64,000 nt of DNA from a virus. Numbering within the stretch: the stretch's first letter is position 1; every line of letters begins with the position of its first letter. Positions 21,842-31,260 of this stretch are shown here, in pieces. The position numbers were made by a program, and so were the translations under genes. A model generated the notes under the pieces. That model ran no database searches. It was not told the DNA's origin and worked only from the letters and a program-made list of their open reading frames with translations. The stretch covers positions 64,001 to 128,000 of IMG/VR virus record IMGVR_UViG_3300010430_000004; one strand, given 5' to 3'.

Positions 21842-23106
21842 TGAGTAACACAGGAAAAGGCGCAACGTCTATTAAAAAAGATATTCTCCAGCCAGGAAGT
21901 ATCCCAAAGACTGGATACAAAAGCCTTAGATGGAAACATCAAGCAAGTGCTGGTGACACTGTAATTAATATACAATCACTAACCGTTCCAGCTATATCTA
22001 CTGCTAAAGGTTTTGTCCAACCTTCTGCCCCTGAACGCGCAACTGTTGATCATTTTCAATATATGAATAATTTTCGTTTAGAATCTTCCCTTAGAATGCT
22101 TTCTATGCCTGAAGATTACAGAATAACTGGTGCTCAAACTATAGTTTTAGAGGTTGCTGCTGCTGAAGGCGAAATTTTTACAGGTGTAATGATGGCTTTT
22201 CCTGTATCAGGAAACACCATTGTTGACGCTAACACAGATCCAATTTCAGTAGTTTTACCTGCTGGACAAACAGACATTTCCATCGGAACCTATGACGTGG
22301 GTAAAAATACCAACGCCCAACATGGTCAATATACTGTTCACGAAGATGGACAATTAGTTTACCGTAACTTTGGAAACCAATCCGATGGCGAAGGTTCTTA
22401 TTACGAATTAGACGGCATTATTCGTTTTAACACTACGAGCACAGAAGATAGAAACATATCTTTAATTCCTACAGCAGCTATCGTTCACGCCCCTGATAAT
22501 TCTCTTCTCCAAAAAATTCAAACAGTATCTGGAAAAGTAGATTCTATGATTCCTACACTTGCTGCTGAAGCCGGAGTTCCTGAGAGTACGTTTGGTGGAG
22601 TAAGTGACCCAGACATAAAGGCCCATGGTGCAAGGGTTGTGCAAAACGAAGCAGACATTGCTCAAAATACAACAGATATAACTACTAAAACACAACACGT
22701 ATTGCCGTATGTTGATTCTGGGGTTCAAACATTGAGCCCTACTATATTCTTTAATTTGACTATACCAGCTGGTACAGTAACAAAACAATACCGTTGGATT
22801 AGGACTGGTAAAGTAGTAGATCTTTGGATTTGGTTCAGATACGATGGTGCAGCAGCAACTAATGATTTTTTCTATTTCGATTACACTACACTTGGAATTC
22901 CAACTCCAGAAAACCACCCCAATGCATCTACTTTTCAGCAAGATACTATCAGTAGCTCTGGAAATGGTGGTTGGGGTAACGGTGGATCAGTATTGAGTCC
23001 AGCAACTTGTCAGTTTTTGCAAAATGATAGAATTTATTCAACTGCTGAAGATCAGAAGGTTATTGCTGAGTTTCATGGTCACATAAGATACATAACGAGC
23101 GATTAA
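21841..23106 (+). CDS. Tail fibre-like protein
   Basis: Short coiled segment then YRWIRTGKVVDLWI fibre-tip motif. Confidence 0.55.
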   Translation: MSNTGKGATSIKKDILQPGSIPKTGYKSLRWKHQASAGDTVINIQSLTVPAISTAKGFVQPSAPERATVDHFQYMNNFRLESSLRMLSMPEDYRITGAQTIVLEVAAAEGEIFTGVMMAFPVSGNTIVDANTDPISVVLPAGQTDISIGTYDVGKNTNAQHGQYTVHEDGQLVYRNFGNQSDGEGSYYELDGIIRFNTTSTEDRNISLIPTAAIVHAPDNSLLQKIQTVSGKVDSMIPTLAAEAGVPESTFGGVSDPDIKAHGARVVQNEADIAQNTTDITTKTQHVLPYVDSGVQTLSPTIFFNLTIPAGTVTKQYRWIRTGKVVDLWIWFRYDGAAATNDFFYFDYTTLGIPTPENHPNASTFQQDTISSSGNGGWGNGGSVLSPATCQFLQNDRIYSTAEDQKVIAEFHGHIRYITSD

Positions 23107-23116
23107 GGGATAGATA

Positions 23117-23623
23117 ATGAGTGCTAGAAGAAAATCAAATGAAGAAATAGAAACTAGGATAGCTGCTTTAGAAAATCCTGCAGAGCCTCTTGGTATTTTA
23201 GCTAGCCTTACTACTGGTGGCGTTACCCACGCTGGCGGTGCTACTTGGGACGCAATACCATTTAACAATATAAAAAGCAACAATGGAATGTCTTACAATC
23301 CAGGAACTGGAGAAATAACCATTACAAAAACTGCTTGGTACACTGCAAATGCTAAAGTCAACTTTGTAATTAATCCACCAGGAAACCATACACCGAGCAT
23401 TAGGGCTTTTATTACTAGGCCAGGCGGTGCCAACGATTCCTTAACAGGAGATTTTCAGTCAGAATCAACTTCAGGAAGTTTTAATTTTGGTAGAGGAGTG
23501 AGTTTTTCCGAAAGATTTGAGGCTGGAACGGTAATTAAATTTGAGGCATTTGCCAATTCTGGATCTGTAGCCACGCTCCAAACCTCTGGCTTAACATACT
23601 TTTCATTAGTGGAGAACAGATAA
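23117..23623 (+). CDS. C1q/TNF-like trimeric fibre-tip protein
   Basis: IETRIAALE coil then IPFNNI...YNPGTGEITITKTAWY...GTVIKF. Confidence 0.55.
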   Translation: MSARRKSNEEIETRIAALENPAEPLGILASLTTGGVTHAGGATWDAIPFNNIKSNNGMSYNPGTGEITITKTAWYTANAKVNFVINPPGNHTPSIRAFITRPGGANDSLTGDFQSESTSGSFNFGRGVSFSERFEAGTVIKFEAFANSGSVATLQTSGLTYFSLVENR

Positions 23624-24696
23624 TGAGTATTTTAACCCCAAGAAGCAATAGATATGACAGAAATTTGTTTATCAATGGTAACTTTGATTTCTTTAGATAC
23701 GGTACAGCTGGTAATTTAGGTTACGTTGCTGACAGGTTTAGAACTTCTGGTTCTGGAAACGGCCAAGGCACTGCTGCATTATTGCAATCTAAGAATACGG
23801 ACGTTCCATTTGGCGGTGGAAATTCTATGCAACTTGAATGTATAGGACTAGCTTCCCCTGATCCCACAGATTCTTTAGGATTCGTTTCCATAATGGAAGG
23901 TGCTGATATTGAAGAATATTTAGGACAAGAAGTTACTTTTGGTGCTCATTTTAAGGCCAATCATACAGGAACTTATGGAGTAGGCTTTAACGTTGGTGCT
24001 GGAGAGTTTTCTTACGTTTCAGCATTAACTATAGATACAGCAGACGTATGGCAATTCCATACCTTTACAGTGACCCTTCCTTCTAGTGTTGCAGCTCCTT
24101 TAGACAACACCAACGGATTCGCTTTAGTAATCGAATTAATGGAGTCTTCGGCTTTTTCTACCAGCACACTTGATCAGATTATTTCTGGAAATAAAAGAGG
24201 GATTGCTGGACAAAAAAACCTATTCGATAATATTGGAAATACGCTAAAAGTAGCAAAAGTACAACTCCTTAAGGGTAGTGGGATATCTCCAACAGAATTT
24301 GTTAGACGTGGCTTTGATAAAGCTGAAGAGTTGCAAAAATGCAAAAGATATATGAGAAAAACGTATAGCGAAGAAGTTACGCCTGGAACAATTACCAGTT
24401 CAGGGAGATATAGTCACGCACACTTTGAAACAAACTCAAATGTTTTAGACTCTGTAACTCACCATTTTGGTGAATCAATGAGGGCAGCACCTCAAATGAC
24501 AGCTTATTCATACAATACAGGTGCAGCTAATCAATGTCTATATGTAACAGCAGCTAGCAGCTCCTCCGTTCATCCTGTCAACTTTTATGAAGAGACAGAA
24601 AAAGGTTTTAGTTACGGAGCTACTGGAACAGTCGGTGGAACTCGTGGTAACGCTGCTTTAATGTTATTTCACTGGGTAGCCAGAGCAGAGCTATAG
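23623..24696 (+). CDS. Tail fibre protein with CBM-like domain
   Basis: RNLFINGNFDF...YVADRF...KVQLLKG...ELQKCKRY...MRAAP...ARAEL, a recurrent phage fibre architecture. Confidence 0.65.
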   Translation: MSILTPRSNRYDRNLFINGNFDFFRYGTAGNLGYVADRFRTSGSGNGQGTAALLQSKNTDVPFGGGNSMQLECIGLASPDPTDSLGFVSIMEGADIEEYLGQEVTFGAHFKANHTGTYGVGFNVGAGEFSYVSALTIDTADVWQFHTFTVTLPSSVAAPLDNTNGFALVIELMESSAFSTSTLDQIISGNKRGIAGQKNLFDNIGNTLKVAKVQLLKGSGISPTEFVRRGFDKAEELQKCKRYMRKTYSEEVTPGTITSSGRYSHAHFETNSNVLDSVTHHFGESMRAAPQMTAYSYNTGAANQCLYVTAASSSSVHPVNFYEETEKGFSYGATGTVGGTRGNAALMLFHWVARAEL

Positions 24697-24705
24697 GAGA
24701 ATTAA

Positions 24706-26913
24706 ATGCCAAATAAGACAAAAGCAAAAATTGCAAATATAGGTGAGGCTCTTGGTAAAAAAGCTAAAGAGTTTACTTTCATTGATCCTCCTATGGTTGA
24801 CGCTCCTTTTACCCAGATACGAAACCTGGATGATTCCAATCGTCAACTCCCAGATCCTAGCAAAACCCTCAAACCTGCTATGGGCGTTGAAAGAATAGAA
24901 TTTAGCGCAATAGAACTTTCTACTAAAGAAAAATTTAACGATGGCACTTCAGTGTACAAAATGATCAAAGACGACCCCAGAGTTAGATTTTTTGGAGAAG
25001 TCGATGGTACCAATACCTTTGGAGGTTCAAAGACTGGTTTTACCATAACTTTTCTTTCTACTGCAAATGAAGGTTTTGAAGTAACTTATTTTGGTACTGG
25101 CATAAATCTTATGATCCAGCAAGCAGCCAACGATGGTAGATATATGGAGGTAGTTGCCGATGGCGTAGTGCAGCCCAATATAGTTGTTGGATCTTCTACA
25201 ATTTTAAATGTTAGGAACACTAAAGTAAGGTCAATTTATAATGCTGTAAAAGGACAAACACTAGGTATTCACACAGTTAAATTTAAAATTGGTCCATCTG
25301 GCTCTTTGCCTATTAATGGTATAGAAATACTCAACGAGTCTACTCAAATTCAAATTCCTCAAGGGGAAATTTTTGCTGCTGGAAATAAATATGCAAACGA
25401 TACTTTAGTTACAACAGATTATAATGCTGATTTTGACAATTCACCAGTTCTTAATGGTCGTGGTGGACGAGTGTCTATTTATATGACTCCCCAAGGCGAA
25501 ATTAAAAAAGCAATTCAGCAAACAGATAACACGCAATTAAATTTATCTTTAGTTGATCACTCAAATGAAGAAGTTATTAGCAGAATTAATTGGAGAGAAT
25601 TTGGCCTAAATAGAGCAGATGATTTTAGTACTCTTACTTCTAGCAATTCAGACAGGGCATTTACTCTAGACGATGGTGCTACTACCTTAATTGGAGATGA
25701 CGTTAGAACTGGAAGTACAATGGGGGTTAGACCTAGCCTTACAGGAGACAAATTAACCTTTACTTTCATTGGAACTGGACTAGACTTTTACTGCGAGCAT
25801 TCGGTAACAAGTAACACTGCTCATGAAGTTATTATCGATGGTGTATCGGTAGGAAACTTGGTTCAAATAGATTCCACCAAAACAGAAAAAATAGTTTCAG
25901 GGCTTCCCTATGGTTCTCACACTGTACAGATATCAAAGATAGATGCTTCTTCGAATATAGATATTGAATATTTTATAGTGTATGGACCTAAAAAGCCAAC
26001 TATTCCAGACAATGCCCAAGAAATTAGCGAATATTTTTTAATGGCTGATTATGACGGTACTACTGCTACTGGAACTGCTGTTGCTGATCAACTTCAAAGA
26101 CCTAAAGGTGTTTTACAAAAATGTTCAGAGAAAGAGCTGGTTTATTCTGGAACTTGGATTCAAAGTGGAGGGGTTCAGCCAGACAATCCTTCTGGATTTT
26201 TCATAAATACCTCAACCTTAAACGACTTTTACGAGTATACGTTCACAGGAACTGGTATAGTAATTCATCACGCTGGTACTGTGAGTGGCACTTATAGTTT
26301 TGAAGTTCAAATAGATGGCGCAACTAATGATGCTGGAGTAGCAAGAAGTAACGTAAGTAACGATGGTTCTGGAAATTACAGTACAACCGTAGCGACAAGT
26401 AATGCCCCTGTAAGATTAGAATTTACAGGTCTCACAATGGGCGCACATACTATTAAAGTAACTCTAAAAACTGCTGCTAGAAATATGGGAATGGGAGCTT
26501 TATATATAATAACCCCTATTCACTTCCCCAATACAAAATCTGGCTCTCAATCCATGAGCCCTGGAACTCAACTTCAAACAAAGACTGCTAGTGGTGGAGT
26601 AGATTTAGGAAAAGCTAAAGCTTGGGCCAAATACAGTACATTGGATGGCAGCATAATATCGTCACATAATGTATCGGCCATTATAGAGGTGAGTACTCAA
26701 CTTGTTAAATTTTATTGGGACACACCATTTAAAAGCGAACCAACCATTGTTGCTACCACTTCAGGTACTCAGTCTGCTATACCTAGAGGGATAGAAGACA
26801 ACGGTACAGGTTTGGCAGATGGCACAATGAAGCCAGGTGTAACTATAGGTTGCGATAGTGTTTCTAACTTTTATTCTGTTGTTGCTTACGGTGAACTGGA
26901 AGGAGAAGAATAA
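24706..26913 (+). CDS. Second fibre protein, paralogous to the C-terminal third of the 2798-aa fibre
   Basis: Shared DHSNEE, RAFTLDDG, KIVSGLPYGxHTV and FIxYGPK blocks; C-terminal AKAWAKY domain. Confidence 0.7.
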   Translation: MPNKTKAKIANIGEALGKKAKEFTFIDPPMVDAPFTQIRNLDDSNRQLPDPSKTLKPAMGVERIEFSAIELSTKEKFNDGTSVYKMIKDDPRVRFFGEVDGTNTFGGSKTGFTITFLSTANEGFEVTYFGTGINLMIQQAANDGRYMEVVADGVVQPNIVVGSSTILNVRNTKVRSIYNAVKGQTLGIHTVKFKIGPSGSLPINGIEILNESTQIQIPQGEIFAAGNKYANDTLVTTDYNADFDNSPVLNGRGGRVSIYMTPQGEIKKAIQQTDNTQLNLSLVDHSNEEVISRINWREFGLNRADDFSTLTSSNSDRAFTLDDGATTLIGDDVRTGSTMGVRPSLTGDKLTFTFIGTGLDFYCEHSVTSNTAHEVIIDGVSVGNLVQIDSTKTEKIVSGLPYGSHTVQISKIDASSNIDIEYFIVYGPKKPTIPDNAQEISEYFLMADYDGTTATGTAVADQLQRPKGVLQKCSEKELVYSGTWIQSGGVQPDNPSGFFINTSTLNDFYEYTFTGTGIVIHHAGTVSGTYSFEVQIDGATNDAGVARSNVSNDGSGNYSTTVATSNAPVRLEFTGLTMGAHTIKVTLKTAARNMGMGALYIITPIHFPNTKSGSQSMSPGTQLQTKTASGGVDLGKAKAWAKYSTLDGSIISSHNVSAIIEVSTQLVKFYWDTPFKSEPTIVATTSGTQSAIPRGIEDNGTGLADGTMKPGVTIGCDSVSNFYSVVAYGELEGEE

Positions 26914-27299
26914 TGGCTAAATTATATAAAGATTCTGAAGACAATATAGTGAGTATAATTTCTGTCAATGGTACTATACCCGATGGTTACACTGAACTTA
27001 TAGCTGAAGAAATTGACGCTGCTGAATTACAACGTTGCAAGGATAGCAAAATAGCAGATATTAAAATGAAAAGAGATATTAAACTTTTAGCAAACGATAA
27101 AGAATGGATCATAGCCTCTAAAAGTGGCAACGATACAGTTTCTATTGTTGCAACTAGAGACGCTTTGCTTGCTGATGTTGAAACGGCAGAAACAGATATT
27201 GCCGCTTTAACCACTAAAGAAGAAGTCAAGGCTTTTTGGTTATTTCCTGAAGACGAACCAGCACCTGAGCCAGAGCCTGAAGAGGAGCCTGAACCATGA
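26913..27299 (+). CDS. Tail fibre assembly chaperone-like protein
   Basis: KDSKIADIKMKRD...IAALTTKEEVKAF helical pattern after fibre genes; PE-rich tail. Confidence 0.5.
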   Translation: MAKLYKDSEDNIVSIISVNGTIPDGYTELIAEEIDAAELQRCKDSKIADIKMKRDIKLLANDKEWIIASKSGNDTVSIVATRDALLADVETAETDIAALTTKEEVKAFWLFPEDEPAPEPEPEEEPEP

Positions 27300-27664
27300 A
27301 ATTTGGAATAGTTTGTCAGAAAACATCAAAAGTTTTTAAAATATATGAATCAGATGAGCCAAAAGATTCTACAAAATTCTGGGACTATAAGTGGACCAGC
27401 ACTGAAGGCCATTGTGAGCACATACAATTACACAACGATTTAGATGAAAGCTCTATTGAAGAGCTAAACGCAGAATTGAACAATCTAGAATCTAAAATGG
27501 TAAAAATTCAAATAGGAATATCTAGAGTTCCTACTGGAGAAATGGAAGAAGCTCGCGACGATGAAGGTGTTATCATATTAAATGAAAATAACAATCCAAC
27601 AATGGTACCTAGCTATATTGACCAACCCACTTTACAAGACGTAAAAAGAATAGTTAGAAAATAA
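27296..27664 (+). CDS. Hypothetical protein (fibre module)
   Basis: Coupled ATGA/TAATG junctions. Confidence 0.5.
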   Translation: MKFGIVCQKTSKVFKIYESDEPKDSTKFWDYKWTSTEGHCEHIQLHNDLDESSIEELNAELNNLESKMVKIQIGISRVPTGEMEEARDDEGVIILNENNNPTMVPSYIDQPTLQDVKRIVRK

Positions 27665-28260
27665 TGTGGAAATTTATATTGTCTCTTTTTAAGGGGTCAA
27701 CCAAAACAACACCTAAAGCTAAACCTAAGAAAACAGAAAGAGAAATAATAGAAGAAATTTCTAAAATCATACAGGAATCAGAAATGAGCAGTGCTAAAAA
27801 TCCAGATTATAAAGTTACATTAAAAGAATTCTTAAAAGGTCGAGCAAACTTTGACAAACTTGACGCTGATATTCAGAAAAATATTGAAGAAACTCTTGAG
27901 AAAATAAACAAGGTTAGAAATAAATATGGCAAAGCCATGAAAGTCAATGATGGCCTTAGAATCAAAGAAGGATATAAGGGTTCTGGAGCACCAACTAGTA
28001 AACATTTCAAGGGCCAAGCCATTGATATTGACGACAACGATGCTGGTGACTTTGCTATTTGGTGTATAGCTAATTTAGATTTCTTAGCTTCTGTTGGTTT
28101 ATTTATGGAAGACTTTAGATGGACCAATGGCTGTGGATCATGGGTGCATTTTCAAACAGTTCCACCTAGAAGTGGCAAGAGAGTTTTCATACCCAATTCA
28201 TCACCAGCTTGTAATCCTAAGTTATGGGATGGAAAATACGACAAGAAACTTAACGTATAG
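27664..28260 (+). CDS. Endolysin, peptidase M15 zinc peptidase
   Basis: GLR...SKHFKGQAIDID (SxHxxGxAxD) and WVHFQ (WxH) zinc motifs. Confidence 0.8.
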   Translation: MWKFILSLFKGSTKTTPKAKPKKTEREIIEEISKIIQESEMSSAKNPDYKVTLKEFLKGRANFDKLDADIQKNIEETLEKINKVRNKYGKAMKVNDGLRIKEGYKGSGAPTSKHFKGQAIDIDDNDAGDFAIWCIANLDFLASVGLFMEDFRWTNGCGSWVHFQTVPPRSGKRVFIPNSSPACNPKLWDGKYDKKLNV

Positions 28261-28492
28261 TATAATACAAAAGTATTCCAGCTTGACAACCAGCTATAGC
28301 GTATTGGGCAATCAGAGCCTTATCTTTACTGGTCTTATAGACATAGAAACATAAAATAAACATTGAAATAAACCACATAGATAACCATGAAGGGTCCATG
28401 CCCTTGCCGTGGCCTTGCTTAATAACTAACAATACCTGTGGCATTGAACAAGCCACTGCAAGAAAAGATCCAAGATATCCTAAATGTTTCAT
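28250..28492 (-). CDS. PQ-loop / SemiSWEET-like three-TM protein
   Basis: LGYLGSFLAVACSMPQVLLVIKQGHGKGM; three hydrophobic helices in 80 aa. Confidence 0.7.
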   Translation of the reverse strand: MKHLGYLGSFLAVACSMPQVLLVIKQGHGKGMDPSWLSMWFISMFILCFYVYKTSKDKALIAQYAIAGCQAGILLYYTIR

Positions 28493-28589
28493 TTAATTCT
28501 CTTAAGAATAACCTTTTTAGGTTTTGTAATTTTCTTATAAAGATAAATAGATATAAGAGAAAAAACCAAAAATATATAGCCGAAATAAA

Positions 28590-28841
28590 TTAATGCCATT
28601 CTAGCTCTAATTGTCCGTTGTTTTCTTCGTTAACCATAGAGTATACTGAAATTCCCATATCTGCTACTTGTCTTTCAAATTCTCTAAGCTTAGAAGTTTC
28701 GCAAATAACTATACAGTTAAAGAAACCAAGCTTTGCGTGTTTCATTACTATTTTTTCTACTTCTTTCATTGTAGAGCAAATCTTATCGTGGCTTTCTTTA
28801 ACAGCTTTAAGTGAAATCTCTTTTAGTTCATTTCTTTTCAT
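28590..28841 (-). CDS. Hypothetical protein, probable relative of 50180-50524
   Basis: AKLG...ADMGI...LELEW pattern; AGGAG RBS. Confidence 0.55.
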   Translation of the reverse strand: MKRNELKEISLKAVKESHDKICSTMKEVEKIVMKHAKLGFFNCIVICETSKLREFERQVADMGISVYSMVNEENNGQLELEWH

Positions 28842-28894
28842 AAAATTCTCCTACACAAAATAATATCGATATTAATACATAAGAGGAGTATATT

Positions 28895-29515
28895 TTGGAA
28901 AAAGAAACGAATAATTCTAAAGAATTTGACAAGATTGATCAAGAATTTCTAGAATTTGAAACAAAATACAATACCGATGGTGAACTTGTTTACAAATTTA
29001 AAGAAATTGTAGGTAGCCACCCAGATATTGAAGACTTCTTATATGTAGAGGGCGACGACATTTATTATACTAAGGGCGAAGAATTCCTTAGATATAGAAT
29101 GCCACAATCAAAGAAAAACAAAAGAGCAGAACTAACATACAAAACTAAACATGGCAACAAAAATAATATTGCTAGAACTGAAGTTAATTTAAGAGTAGAC
29201 CCCAATGACCACGCTACTGTAGAAAAATTTGTCAATATTCTTGGTTATGAACAAAATTTTAGAATCACTAAGATTTGTCATATATACTATACCAAAGAAG
29301 CTAATCTAGTTTTTTATAGCATTATTGACCATGCCAACAAATCTAAGTCTATGAGCCATTTCATAGAAATTGAAGTAAACGAAGAATTGGCCACTGGCCT
29401 CACTGAAGAAGAAAATTGGGATATTATTAGAAAGTGGGAAGGCGTTATGGCCCCCCTTGGAGTTCTTGCTCAGAAGAGATTAAGAAAATCACTATTTGAA
29501 ATGTATAGGAAATAA
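28895..29515 (+). CDS. CYTH / triphosphate-tunnel metalloenzyme (class IV adenylate cyclase-like)
   Basis: EFETK (ExExK), DDIYY, FLRYR, LTYK, RTEVNL, FIEIEV, KSLFEM. Confidence 0.8.
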   Translation: MEKETNNSKEFDKIDQEFLEFETKYNTDGELVYKFKEIVGSHPDIEDFLYVEGDDIYYTKGEEFLRYRMPQSKKNKRAELTYKTKHGNKNNIARTEVNLRVDPNDHATVEKFVNILGYEQNFRITKICHIYYTKEANLVFYSIIDHANKSKSMSHFIEIEVNEELATGLTEEENWDIIRKWEGVMAPLGVLAQKRLRKSLFEMYRK

Positions 29516-29516
29516 T

Positions 29517-29807
29517 ATGCCTTATTTAAAGCGCAAAAGAAGACCTAATATTTTTAAAAAATACGATGATGATTCTATTCAGATAGATGGCCATGTTGTT
29601 TTTGCTGATAGTGTAGAAAACGGCGGTGATTTACAATATGCTATTGCTGAAATTATAAATCTTATGTTAAAAAAATTGCCAGACAATTATGCAAGTAAAG
29701 AAATGATAATGGGAGCTTTATCTGGTGCAGATAAAGAGTTTTACAGAAAAGTAGTTGCACCTTATGAAGACAAAAAAATCGAAGAAAATGGAGCAGTATA
29801 TGACTAA
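29517..29807 (+). CDS. Conserved phage protein (DUF6899-like)
   Basis: MPYLK...GDLQYAI...MGALSGADKEFYRKVVAPYEDKKIEENGAVY; start moved to ATG 29517. Confidence 0.6.
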   Translation: MPYLKRKRRPNIFKKYDDDSIQIDGHVVFADSVENGGDLQYAIAEIINLMLKKLPDNYASKEMIMGALSGADKEFYRKVVAPYEDKKIEENGAVYD

Positions 29808-30024
29808 AGAACAACAGCAAATTATAAATAAATTCATTCTCGCTTTAACTAAAGCTGAAGCTTTTGTTCCAGAAGTTATGTTACCTGAAGATATGTGCAT
29901 TTCAAAAGAAAGCAAAGGTTCTTTGGCTATGATTAGTGTAGCCAAAATTATGTCTGAGTGGAAAAAGTGCAGAGTAGAGTTAGACAAAACTCAAGATTTT
30001 TCTGGAGAAAGCGATGAAAAATAA
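29800..30024 (+). CDS. Hypothetical protein
   Basis: ATG 29800 after GGAG; overlaps neighbours. Confidence 0.5.
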   Translation: MTKEQQQIINKFILALTKAEAFVPEVMLPEDMCISKESKGSLAMISVAKIMSEWKKCRVELDKTQDFSGESDEK

Positions 30025-30715
30025 AACAGTAATTTTGGACGTTGATGACATTATTCTTAAATTTATTGAAGGGTTCAATAGATACTTAGTCACTGTACGG
30101 GCCGATATAAAGATCAAACCTCATTATCTCCCTAAGGTTTGGGGTTTTACAGAGCTTGGTGACATTAGCAAAGAAATTAACGAATATATCAATACCTATG
30201 CCGATGGTGGACAAATAAGTTGTGACGGTGTAAAAATAAGCTTTGGAAAACTTTACGATGGTGCTGCTGATTTTACTAACAAGATCAAAGAAATGGGCCA
30301 CGATGTTGTTCTTCTAACTGCTCACCCATCTCACAGAATTATTGAAAGAATTAATAACTTAAAAAGTCAGGGTTTGAAGTTTGACCATATTTATTGTACC
30401 GCTGCTCACGATGCTGATGGTAATAAAGTGTACCACTCTAAATCAGATTTCATTGAGGCTCTTGGATATACTGATGAAAACTTTTTATTTGCTGACGATA
30501 AAGCTGCTACAATTATGGAAATGCTTGGTAGATTTAAAAATGCCGATTTGTTTACCCTAGATAGAGACTATAACAAAGAAGCCCTTGTAGAGTCAGCTAA
30601 TTTATTTGATGAAGACAGAGAAAGGTTAAATATAATTCCAGGAGGGAATAATATTATGCCAAGCAATCAAATAGCCCTTCTATACGAACAAATATTACAA
30701 AAACTGGAGAAATAA
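30014..30715 (+). CDS. HAD-family 5'(3')-nucleotidase-like phosphatase
   Basis: VILDVDDII (DxD), VVLLTA, SKSD, LFADDK. Confidence 0.7.
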   Translation: MKNKTVILDVDDIILKFIEGFNRYLVTVRADIKIKPHYLPKVWGFTELGDISKEINEYINTYADGGQISCDGVKISFGKLYDGAADFTNKIKEMGHDVVLLTAHPSHRIIERINNLKSQGLKFDHIYCTAAHDADGNKVYHSKSDFIEALGYTDENFLFADDKAATIMEMLGRFKNADLFTLDRDYNKEALVESANLFDEDRERLNIIPGGNNIMPSNQIALLYEQILQKLEK

Positions 30716-31260
30716 TGCTTATAGCCTTTGTTGGATCACCTTGTTCTGGCAAGACTACAGCTGCTGCTGCCTTATTTTCTGAATTGAAAAACATGGGCAA
30801 GCCTGCTGAGTTCTTTCCTGAGTATGCTAGAGAATATATTATGAAGAAAAGATTCACTGAAAAGACAAGTGAACTAAATGAACAAGATCAGTTAAATATT
30901 TATGATGGGCAAAAAGGCATAGAAGAATCATATAAAGTAATGAGCCCTAATTCCATAACTATTACCGATGGTTCTACTCTCAATTCATATTTTTATGGTT
31001 TAAACAAATATGTAAAGCTGGAAGAAGAACTTCATAGATATGATGTTATTTTCTTTTGTCGTGGTTTAAAAAATAATGATCAAGATGATAATCGTGTTCA
31101 CGATGAAGATTTTTCTAAACAAATAGACAAGCAGATGGCTAAAAAAATACACAAATATATCAATAATATAAGCGAAGATTCAAAAAAGATCTGTACTCTT
31201 TGGGGCAACAGAAAGCAACGAATGAAGACAGCACTGGAATTCTTGAATGAAGTTTCGTAA
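30715..31260 (+). CDS. P-loop NTPase / NadR-type nucleotide kinase-like protein
   Basis: GSPCSGKTT Walker A, PEYAREY, ITDGS. Confidence 0.7.
   Translation: MLIAFVGSPCSGKTTAAAALFSELKNMGKPAEFFPEYAREYIMKKRFTEKTSELNEQDQLNIYDGQKGIEESYKVMSPNSITITDGSTLNSYFYGLNKYVKLEEELHRYDVIFFCRGLKNNDQDDNRVHDEDFSKQIDKQMAKKIHKYINNISEDSKKICTLWGNRKQRMKTALEFLNEVS

Noticed and set aside
18440-26913. Diversity-generating retroelement or invertible shufflon in the fibre genes
   Set aside because: No reverse transcriptase or invertase in the window; no long TR/VR pair with adenine-specific mismatches; the repeats are direct and short
27245-27299. PE-rich repeat at the end of the chaperone-like gene
   Set aside because: Low-complexity coding tail, not a DNA repeat element
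28861-28880. CGATA-TTAATA word shared with 62926-62937, resembling a sigma-28 -10 box
   Set aside because: Only two copies, and no consistently spaced TAAA upstream
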